IMG/VR virus record: IMGVR_UViG_3300022700_000179
Span: 1-64,000 of that record
Length of the DNA stretch: 64,000 nucleotides
Source: a virus
Reading direction: 5' to 3' (one strand)
In this document: positions 28,423-36,190 of the stretch, piece after piece
Layout: every line of letters starts with the position of its first letter
Position numbering within the stretch: position 1 is the first letter of the stretch
Notes under the pieces: generated by a model
The model's database searches: none
Told to the model about the DNA's origin: nothing
Seen by the model: only the letters and a program-made list of their open reading frames with translations
Translations under genes and position numbers: made by a program

Positions 28423-28659
28423 GAAGTCGTACCAGTACAACGGTTTTTCAAGTTGTAACGCGAGTACGGACGGTGTTTGCACGTAATCATATGCTATGCT
28501 ATACTGGATTAGTACCTGCTCAATGGGGTATAAATTGAGACGCGTCGTACTGCACAGACTCAATCTTGCTCAGCAGTTTACAAGCTGAGATGCCTCTGTA
28601 GGAGACATCTTTTGTGCAGTTATGTACCAATACCAGCTCAGCGGTATTAGAGCTGAGAT
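28423..28659 (+). CRISPR. four divergent trailing repeats with compensated stems
   Basis: 28423-28459 TACAAC/GTTGTA; 28506-28541 CTCAAT/ATTGAG; 28556-28591 and 28624-28659 CTCAGC/GCTGAG. Confidence 0.65.
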
Positions 28660-28675
28660 GCCGGGGTCATCAATT

Positions 28676-29029
28676 ATGCGGGTAAAGGATGCTTATGACG
28701 TATGGAATTCGATAATAGAACGAATTCGCTCTTTGGAGGACGATTTACGTGAAACAGAGCGTGAACTCTCGCGTGTGTTGGAAGAAGAAACTGACGCGCG
28801 TGTCTCTTTAATTTCAGCCGCCGTTCACAATACCTACTGGCCCGACAAGGCTTTTGCGGAAGAGGTGGTACAATTGTCAGAGGTGCATTGGCCCGACGAA
28901 CTTGCTTCTATACGTGAAAATAGCCACATCGATACGCATGAAGTGAAACCCGAAGTTGGTCGTACCAGACGGAGGTCGTTTGATGGGCGCATTCCAGTAC
29001 CTCCTAGTCGACCGAGGAAAAAGACCTAG
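28676..29029 (+). CDS. hypothetical coiled-coil protein
   Basis: ORF 28622-29029; start moved downstream of the last divergent repeat. Confidence 0.55.
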   Translation: MRVKDAYDVWNSIIERIRSLEDDLRETERELSRVLEEETDARVSLISAAVHNTYWPDKAFAEEVVQLSEVHWPDELASIRENSHIDTHEVKPEVGRTRRRSFDGRIPVPPSRPRKKT

Positions 29030-29239
29030 TTTTACATGTGAACTGTAAACTGGTATAGTATATACACATAAGCCAGTAGGGCATAAACTGAGGCCACCGT
29101 CCTATCTAGTTACAAACCCAGCGATTCACAAGTTGGGGTGATGAATTTGGCACGATGCTCTTACGCATGTTTAATCATGCAGGCTTTTGTGCAGCCGAGC
29201 CGAAGTCCAAGCTGTTGCTATACAAAGGACCGCTTTTAA

Positions 29240-29767
29240 TTGGCCAAATCTACCAGATCAGACATGGGAGTTCCTAAAAAGAAAAAGGAGTATGCTGAAG
29301 CACTCCGTCTTATACGTGAGGGATGGCCCCCACACGATATTGCTACAATGGTGGGTGTAGCCTACCGTACTGTATTGAAGTGGAGTAAAGACGTACCTCC
29401 CGAAGAACGTAAATACGAACGGCGGTATTACAAAGCAAAAGAGCTGCGGGAACAAGGTTGGAACAGAGGGCAGCTGGCCAGGTACTTTGGGGTTAACGTT
29501 CGGACCATTTCCAAGTGGTTAGGCGTTAGCAAAGTAAAAGGGGTACATTATCCAAGAGAATACCGTGAGGCAATCCGACTGTACACGGAAGAGGGTTGGA
29601 AGGTGGCAGATATTGCTGATAGTCTTTCTGTTTCTATTCCTACTGTTTACCGTTGGGTGCGTGATGTAAAAAGGGGGCCCTTTCCTCCATACCCAAGGAA
29701 GTCCGCCGTTTGCCAAAAAGAGAAAGAGCGGGAAAGTAAAAAATGGGAAGGATGGGATGATGTTTAG
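29240..29767 (+). CDS. protein with three tandem helix-turn-helix repeats
   Basis: repeated EGW..DIA..GV..RTV.KW units. Confidence 0.75.
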   Translation: MAKSTRSDMGVPKKKKEYAEALRLIREGWPPHDIATMVGVAYRTVLKWSKDVPPEERKYERRYYKAKELREQGWNRGQLARYFGVNVRTISKWLGVSKVKGVHYPREYREAIRLYTEEGWKVADIADSLSVSIPTVYRWVRDVKRGPFPPYPRKSAVCQKEKERESKKWEGWDDV

Positions 29768-29775
29768 AGGTTGTT

Positions 29776-30948
29776 ATGAGACAAGTAATCACTACAGGTA
29801 AAGTACCAATCAAGGCTTGGTTGGATGATATCGAAAATGGCGCGATGCAGCAGGCGAGCAATGCAGCAGATCTGCCCTTTGCTTTTAAGCACGTAGCCCT
29901 CATGCCGGATTGCCACCAGGGCTATGGTGTGCCTATTGGTTGTGTTTTGGCCACGCGTGGGGCAGTAGTGCCAAATGCAGTTGGTGTGGATATTGGGTGC
30001 GGTGTCGTAGCTTGCGACACGGGTATAATTGATATCTCCCAAGCTAAGCTAGAAAAGATTGTAGCAGATATCCGAAAAGTGATTCCGGTGGGTTTTTCCC
30101 ACCAAAAGGAAATGCAGTCGGTAGATGACATGCCGAAAGCAGCTTGTGTATCTGGCGCAGAGGCAATGCCTGTGGTATCCCAAGAATACAGGAGTACACG
30201 GAAACAACTGGGTACACTTGGTGGCGGCAACCACTTTATCGAGATTCAACGGGGCAACGGCACTATCTGGGTAATGATCCACTCCGGTTCCAGGAACCTC
30301 GGCAAGAAGGTTGCAGATCACTATAACAAACTGGCTTCCGATCTGAATTCAAAGTGGTACTCTTCGGTGACAAAGGAAAAACAATTAGCCTTTTTGCCTG
30401 TAAACACTATAAAAGCGCAGCAGTACCTTGCAGAGATGGGATACTGTCTCGAGTTTGCCAAGTGCAGTCGAGATTTAATGCTACGTTGCGTGTTGGGATG
30501 TGTGGGGGACGCAGTTGGTGATTTTTCACCAGAGCCGTCGGTCGACGTTCATCATAACTACGCTGCTCTTGAAAACCATTTTGGCCAGAATGTGTGGGTT
30601 CACCGTAAAGGTGCAACTCGCGCACGTACCGACGAGTTAGGAATTGTTCCCGGCAGTCAGGGCACGAAGAGTTATATTGTACGTGGTCTTGGCTGTAAGG
30701 ACAGCTTTGAGTCATGTTCGCACGGTGCCGGGCGCAAAATGAGTAGGAAAGCTGCGCAGCGCGAGCTTAGTCTCAAGCAGCAGCTCCAACTTCTGAAAGA
30801 CAGAAATGTGCTGCATTCAATTCGTAGCAATAAAGATTTGGACGAGGCTCCTGGCGCCTACAAAAACATCAGGGACGTTATGCAAAATCAGCAGGATTTA
30901 GTTGATATGGAAGTTAAACTTCATCCTCTTGCTGTGGTAAAAGGATGA
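29776..30948 (+). CDS. rtcB: RNA ligase RtcB
   Basis: MPDCHQGYG, GVDIGCG, GGGNHFIE, HSGSR, HHNY, HRKGAT, SHGAGR, DEAPGAYK. Confidence 0.96.
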   Translation: MRQVITTGKVPIKAWLDDIENGAMQQASNAADLPFAFKHVALMPDCHQGYGVPIGCVLATRGAVVPNAVGVDIGCGVVACDTGIIDISQAKLEKIVADIRKVIPVGFSHQKEMQSVDDMPKAACVSGAEAMPVVSQEYRSTRKQLGTLGGGNHFIEIQRGNGTIWVMIHSGSRNLGKKVADHYNKLASDLNSKWYSSVTKEKQLAFLPVNTIKAQQYLAEMGYCLEFAKCSRDLMLRCVLGCVGDAVGDFSPEPSVDVHHNYAALENHFGQNVWVHRKGATRARTDELGIVPGSQGTKSYIVRGLGCKDSFESCSHGAGRKMSRKAAQRELSLKQQLQLLKDRNVLHSIRSNKDLDEAPGAYKNIRDVMQNQQDLVDMEVKLHPLAVVKG

Positions 30949-31140
30949 TCCAGAATTATTGGATCGATACAGGTGGGGCCTCTGTGGTGATACTACATCT
31001 AAGGATGGTTAGGTTGTAAGTGGGCTCCAATATTTAGGAAGCTTGTATGGCGAAGCGTATGTAGGTTATTACGTCGTTACGTTATATATGAAATTTTCCT
31101 GAGTACAATCATTACTATAACGACAGGTAATTAGTTACTT

Positions 31141-31653
31141 TTGTGTAGGATGTCATCAGGGCAGCAATATATAAGATTGCGCATCCTGCACATTGAAGAC
31201 GACAAGAATATGGGTGTTTTGGTAGAGCGTATTCTTGCCCCTTCCCCCCTTGACGTGCAGCTTGAGCGCGTGCCTACCCTTGAAGATGGATTAGACCGTC
31301 TTAAATCGGACGTTTGGGACCTTGTTTTGCTGGATCTTACACTGCCGGATAGTAACCCCAATAATACATTTGCTGATCTTTACTCCCAGTATCCTTACAC
31401 CCCTGTCGTAGTACTGACTGGGGAGCCCAGTTTGGAGATCCGTGCCAAAGCAGTTGCGTGTGGGGCGCAGGATTGTCTGGACAAATTGGAGGTATCTTCT
31501 CCAGGGGTACTAGACCGATCTATCCGATTCGCAGTAGAACGACATAGAATTCTTTTGGAGCTACGTGAATTCGTCCGCGAACTCGAGGAGTTCAAGCGAC
31601 AAGTGTTGGAGATATTCCAGGAGGCTGATTTCACTTTGAGTCGCACACATTAG
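31141..31653 (+). CDS. response-regulator receiver domain protein
   Basis: ILHIEDD, LVLLDLTLPD, VVLTG, LDK. Confidence 0.85.
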   Translation: MCRMSSGQQYIRLRILHIEDDKNMGVLVERILAPSPLDVQLERVPTLEDGLDRLKSDVWDLVLLDLTLPDSNPNNTFADLYSQYPYTPVVVLTGEPSLEIRAKAVACGAQDCLDKLEVSSPGVLDRSIRFAVERHRILLELREFVRELEEFKRQVLEIFQEADFTLSRTH

Positions 31654-31680
31654 TACTTTATCGTCTAAATACTCTGTTAA

Positions 31681-31893
31681 TTATGCCCATCCTTGTTTTG
31701 CTGCTAACCAATACGGTATTACTAGTTCGTCTTCTTCATTAACTTGGCTATATTCATATAATGTTGAGTCGTCATGTACTTGTGAGTATGGGATCCATCC
31801 TTCCTCGTTTTCGTGTCTAATAAGCATTGCTTTTTTGCCGTGTTTAACTACCATACACTCGCCTTTCCACAAATCAGAATTATAGTTCGTCAT
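31681..31893 (-). CDS. small hypothetical protein
   Basis: RBS AAGGAG; WIPYSQV...IPYWLA. Confidence 0.7.
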   Translation of the reverse strand: MTNYNSDLWKGECMVVKHGKKAMLIRHENEEGWIPYSQVHDDSTLYEYSQVNEEDELVIPYWLAAKQGWA

Positions 31894-31986
31894 GTTATTG
31901 CTCCTTTTCGGTTGAGGACATAGTTATTGTCTACTTACATGCTGTGGTAGTTATAGCATCAAGTGCTATGAGGGGATAAGTAGACC

Positions 31987-32349
31987 ATGCAGATGACAAG
32001 AAGGCCGCGTCGGCTCCTTTACAGGGGTGCTATTTACAAGAGAGCATATGAGAAAAGTCAGATGGGTGACTTTTCTATTGATGAAGTCGTATTGCACTCT
32101 AAACTTATGCCGTACGGAATAATGGAATCCGGCGATGCTTACTGCCCGCGCGGCGGTTGGCATCCAATGTGGGCTGACATACGGGGACGTAAGTGGGCTG
32201 AGGTAGATCCACCGGATGCCATGCGGCAACAGTTACCCGCAGGTGAACAGTATTTCCTACGTATTGATAATAAACCAGATTGGCGTTGGGAATGGGGAGA
32301 GGGGGTGGATGACCAATCAGTGCTCAACACTTACTTACGTCGGAAATAG
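31987..32349 (+). CDS. hypothetical protein with N-terminal tag motif
   Basis: PRRLLYRGAIYKRA. Confidence 0.7.
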   Translation: MQMTRRPRRLLYRGAIYKRAYEKSQMGDFSIDEVVLHSKLMPYGIMESGDAYCPRGGWHPMWADIRGRKWAEVDPPDAMRQQLPAGEQYFLRIDNKPDWRWEWGEGVDDQSVLNTYLRRK

Positions 32350-32363
32350 GTAGTTCTTTTTGA

Positions 32364-32437
32364 TGGGAGCGACAGGAATCGAACCTGCTCTTCTGGGGAC
32401 CGTACTCCACAGTGTGCTGCCTTTACACCACGCTCCC
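32364..32437 (-). tRNA. tRNA-like gene with non-canonical 20-nt anticodon arm (identity unassignable)
   Basis: GGGAGCG/CGCTCCC-A, D-arm GTGT..GCAC, T-arm GCAGG-TTCGATT-CCTGT. Confidence 0.6.
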
Positions 32438-32441
32438 AGGT

Positions 32442-32900
32442 GGCCCGAAGGTGTATACCCAACAACTCCGGGCCTGCTTTGCCGGTACATAGTAACGGTT
32501 GCCCACAAAAAGGGCTTCCTATCGCCGACGACGTTTAAGTTGCCGCTTCAGTTCTAACCGCCCACGCTCTATCGCTGAGCTACAGGTCCATATAGAGGAC
32601 CTGATGGGATTCAAACCCACGCCTTGGGCTATATTGTCAGCAACATTCGATTCGACGAAACCGGCCAATGCTCAGCTTTGGAGAATAGCTTCAACTTTAG
32701 TGGCTCGTAAACTACCGACGGCCGTATTCCAGGCGGTGCTGTTGAGTACGGTTGCGTATGCCATTTCGCCATCCCTACGTAAAATGTAGGGAGCAGGATT
32801 CGAACCTGCATGTCGATATGCTCACATCGCCCTGATTTTGAATTTGAGTTTCAGCTTGTCTCCACTGCTAAGCTGCTTTGTCTTCTGCTACTACTCCGTT
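32442..32900 (-). ncRNA. ~460-nt structured RNA containing two circularly permuted tRNA-like domains
   Basis: T-arm, loop-closed acceptor stem, then D-arm at 32754-32809 and 32561-32628, each at the tip of long helices. Confidence 0.7.
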
Positions 32901-32905
32901 TACAG

Positions 32906-33643
32906 TTACCCAAGCAAGAAGCTGAACAGTGCATCACCGACGGATTGTTTGTCGTCAACCTCCACAGAGTTGGCCTGTTCTCGGGCGAACTTCACCGCCT
33001 TGAGCATTTTCCGTGCTCGTTGCTGTAGCTCTTTCTTCCTATCCGCTGTCACAGCGCCAGACTGTTTGATGGTCGTCCAGGTTCCCACGATTTTGTCGAC
33101 CTGAACCAATTGTGTCTGTGCTGGATGTTCCGGCGTGGCCGGGAACAATACAATCGGTTCGTGTACCTTCGATTTTTTTGTGGTATCCACCGGGGCCGAC
33201 TTGAACAGTCCCGTAGCCGCATCCTTGCTCCAGGCAAAAGCTGGATCGAGTACTGGTAAGCTGTCAATAACCGTATTTAGGTCGGTTAGTTGCTTCTCCA
33301 AGAAGAGCAGGTGCGTGGCTGGTATGCGCGTTAGTAGCGTTTTACCATCCACCACTACATCTGCGTACGCATGACAGTTTGCAGCATCCTTCGCGTACAC
33401 CGTATCCATGTATTCGGTGAGCTGCTCTGCCACTTCCTGTAGCGTGTCTTCTACACGCATCTGAACGAGATGCCGTTCGGGTGGGAAGTCCTCCCCGTCC
33501 TCATCCTTTTTGGAGTAGGTTTTGGAGAAGCCTTCAAAAAGCGCCGATTTTTGCAGGGCCTTGTATTGGTCCGTGACAAAACGCATGACTCGAGTTTTGA
33601 CACCCTTTTCTACTGCGATGATCTGATGCAATTTGGTTGTCAT
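32906..33643 (-). CDS. conserved hypothetical alpha/beta protein immediately upstream of the ncRNA
   Basis: 245 aa, RBS AAAGGA, KLHQIIAVEKG...LLFLEKQL...AVKFAREQAN. Confidence 0.85.
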   Translation of the reverse strand: MTTKLHQIIAVEKGVKTRVMRFVTDQYKALQKSALFEGFSKTYSKKDEDGEDFPPERHLVQMRVEDTLQEVAEQLTEYMDTVYAKDAANCHAYADVVVDGKTLLTRIPATHLLFLEKQLTDLNTVIDSLPVLDPAFAWSKDAATGLFKSAPVDTTKKSKVHEPIVLFPATPEHPAQTQLVQVDKIVGTWTTIKQSGAVTADRKKELQQRARKMLKAVKFAREQANSVEVDDKQSVGDALFSFLLG

Positions 33644-33683
33644 GGTTAATTCCTTTCAGGTTCAGTTTCGTTCTGTGTCCGCA

Positions 33684-33712
33684 ACAATACGGTACCTCTT
33701 TGTTGCTGTCAA
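33684..33712 (-). promoter_or_regulatory. sigma70-type promoter for the 245-aa gene/ncRNA unit
   Basis: TTGACA-17 bp-TATTGT on minus strand. Confidence 0.65.
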
Positions 33713-33886
33713 GCAAAATTTTTGTTGCGTGATCTTTTTGGGGCTACCGCGAGGTTTTGTGGGGCCAGGAGTCAAACTGCTCCCTAACACTACCCTTACC
33801 TATGGAAGTGGTCGGCGCGGAGTCGGACCGAGTACCTCGTAGTTGATCAACGTCAACAAGGTGCCCCCTCTATACAGCCGATCCGA

Positions 33887-34422
33887 TCATTGCTTTACAT
33901 TTCTTGCTGCGGTTCTGGCTACGCGTAGCCTTCGTCGTAGCTTGACCCACCAGCTGGACTCCGATTTATTTAACTCCAATTTATTTATTTGCTTTTGCAT
34001 GGTTTCAATTTGCGTGGTGTACTGTTTTCTTTTATTTAAATAACTATTTATATAATGTTTCATCATGTTCTGGGATTCCAAGAAGTGCATGAAGCGGATG
34101 AGTGGTAGTTCACTTAGGTATTGTCCCCGTATAGACTTATGGCCAGGGACAACGCCCAGGGCCATCAGTTGTCCCGCGAATCTACCGTGGGACGCCTCCA
34201 CTCTGTGAATGGGCACGCCTTTGGCTTCAAGCTTGTCTGCCAGCATACTAAGCTGACTCTCAGACTCTACGCCAAGCGCGACGGCATGTGTACCGGATTT
34301 AATGTTGCCATTTGATGATTCCCCAGCAGCGTGGATTAGTTGTGCTGAGGCTACACCAACCGTAGATCTGTACGGGTGATGCAATAATGGCAGATGGGAT
34401 CGGGAGGTGTGGACTGAGTCAC
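33887..34422 (-). CDS. Pth2-like peptidyl-tRNA hydrolase with apparent 1-nt frameshift at ~34362
   Basis: CHYCITRTDL / xVGVASAQLIHAA...QLMALGVVP resembles the Pth2 VRxDLxxGxxAAQxxHA motif split across two frames. Confidence 0.6.
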
Positions 34423-34470
34423 GGTCGCATCGATTTTTCCTTTGGCCGATTTATATTTTTCGATAAAGTA

Positions 34471-34499
34471 AACGTAACCATTCGCTGTACAGAAGTCAA
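34471..34499 (-). promoter_or_regulatory. sigma70-type promoter
   Basis: TTGACT-17 bp-TACGTT on minus strand. Confidence 0.5.
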
Positions 34500-34576
34500 G
34501 AAGTATTTTTGTTTTTCTTGCAACCCCTTGTCTTAGTTGGCTTTTAGGTTACGCGCACATGTAGTACTATGTAGTA

Positions 34577-35425
34577 CTATTTCGCTTTATTATATACATG
34601 ACCTTTATACATTATCTTGTCAGGTAAAGTTTTACTACTGGCGGTTGTATCTTTGCTGTTTACACTGTTGGCGACTTCGTCGAACACTTTTTTTGCGTCT
34701 TCTAGTGAGAAGTCTTCTCCTCGTGGTGAGCCGCAAGCTTTGGGGTGGCCTGCAAAGTGGATGCCCGCGACATTATTATTACCAAATTGGTAGTCATTTG
34801 ATGGGGCACAATAAATGGAGATGCTCTTAAAATGTTTTCTGTATACGACTACACAAGCGTAGCCGTCGTCATACGGTCTGCTGGGGTCGAAGCTGTCCTC
34901 TTTCCCTACTGCCCAAAGTCCTACCTTACCTTCTTTACTTACCAAATTGTTCTTCAGTGTTTGCTCTGCTTGTCTAGTGGCCTCTTTTCCTACCTTTATG
35001 TAGTTGGCCACAGGAATGCGGAGCATCTTTTTGATTTTGTCGGTGACTTCCTGGGGCTCTTTTTCCGTTCTTGGGAACCCTATGTCTTTAGCTATACTGT
35101 TAACACCAACCATAAAGGAATATGAGTCGTTCATTCGGTTTTCTACTACGGAGCTACCATTGACGTCCACCTTCTCAATTAGGTCGTAGTCGAGTTCGGG
35201 CATGGGTAATCCGGACATTCTGAATAACCCTAATAGTGTGTCTGCGTCGACATGTGTGATCTCTACGATGTCATTTGGTCCCAGCCTGGGTATTTCTGTG
35301 TTGTTGGACGGTGCTGGGTAACTGGAGTATTCTCCATGATGGTCGAAGTGCTTTACATTATCCGCCAATCCCGCTTCGATGGAGTAGTTTTTACCTGTTG
35401 CCTTGGGGACTAAAAATACTCGCAT
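34577..35425 (-). CDS. DHH-phosphoesterase-like protein with C-terminal tag motif
   Basis: HFDHHG, THVDADT, AGHPKACGS; ends PDKIMYKGHVYNKAK. Confidence 0.6.
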   Translation of the reverse strand: MRVFLVPKATGKNYSIEAGLADNVKHFDHHGEYSSYPAPSNNTEIPRLGPNDIVEITHVDADTLLGLFRMSGLPMPELDYDLIEKVDVNGSSVVENRMNDSYSFMVGVNSIAKDIGFPRTEKEPQEVTDKIKKMLRIPVANYIKVGKEATRQAEQTLKNNLVSKEGKVGLWAVGKEDSFDPSRPYDDGYACVVVYRKHFKSISIYCAPSNDYQFGNNNVAGIHFAGHPKACGSPRGEDFSLEDAKKVFDEVANSVNSKDTTASSKTLPDKIMYKGHVYNKAK

Positions 35426-35574
35426 TTGCGCCTCCTTGCTATGCTTTTACGTTTACAGTATTTGGATACGAGAACGTAACTACTTTGTGCTAGACATTTC
35501 GGGGCTATACAAGTTACTTTATTGTGTATTTTGAGCACCTTTTGGTGAACAACTGCTAAGGTGAGGCTAGCGCT

Positions 35575-36174
35575 ATGCGTCGTGTGCCCAGCTATGTCCT
35601 GTATGAAGGTTCGACTTACCAATTGGTTGTACCTAAACTTTTGCGATTTAAGGGTGCGGTATACCAGCTCGTTGAAGCTGTCATGCCAGCAAAGGCTGCC
35701 GAAGTCAAAGTAAGACAACTGCAGCGTGCGGTAGCGCGCCCGCCTACGGCAAAAATGGTGAACTCTTCTGACTGGGTTCCGGGTGAAGGTGGGATCTTGT
35801 CTTCTGTAAGCACTAAAGACGATGGACTGCCTATGTTAGTCATGTGGAATCCTATTACATCGGAAATGATGATGTCATCAGACAAAAACCTGTCTATTAT
35901 AACGCATAGTGATCTTTTTAAAAAAATGCGCCCGCAGCTCAAGGATTATCCCTTTTCACATATCCGAGATTGGGTGCGTGCTTCAGTAGATCAAAGTAAG
36001 AAGGAGGTAGCTCTCTGGCCTTGGCAGCCGCTTTTGGAGCACGTGATGTACCTGCAATCTCCAGAAGATCTTCGACAGATGGAGTCGATTCACGCACGTG
36101 GTAATCCCGTATTTGAGCAGTTGATACAGGAATTAGGTTCTGGGAACTATTCTTTCAGAACTTACAAAGTATAA
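35575..36174 (+). CDS. hypothetical protein with two tandem tag motifs
   Basis: PSYVLYEGSTYQLV-VPKLLRFKGAVYQLV. Confidence 0.75.
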   Translation: MRRVPSYVLYEGSTYQLVVPKLLRFKGAVYQLVEAVMPAKAAEVKVRQLQRAVARPPTAKMVNSSDWVPGEGGILSSVSTKDDGLPMLVMWNPITSEMMMSSDKNLSIITHSDLFKKMRPQLKDYPFSHIRDWVRASVDQSKKEVALWPWQPLLEHVMYLQSPEDLRQMESIHARGNPVFEQLIQELGSGNYSFRTYKV

Positions 36175-36190
36175 AGCGAGGACATGTAGA

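Noticed and set aside
27708-28563. Several minus-strand ORFs with repeated peptides
   Set aside because: They are translations of the CRISPR repeats
33806-33886. Possible further tRNA remnant on the minus strand
   Set aside because: Only partial acceptor pairing and a degenerate T-loop (TCCGACT); too weak to call
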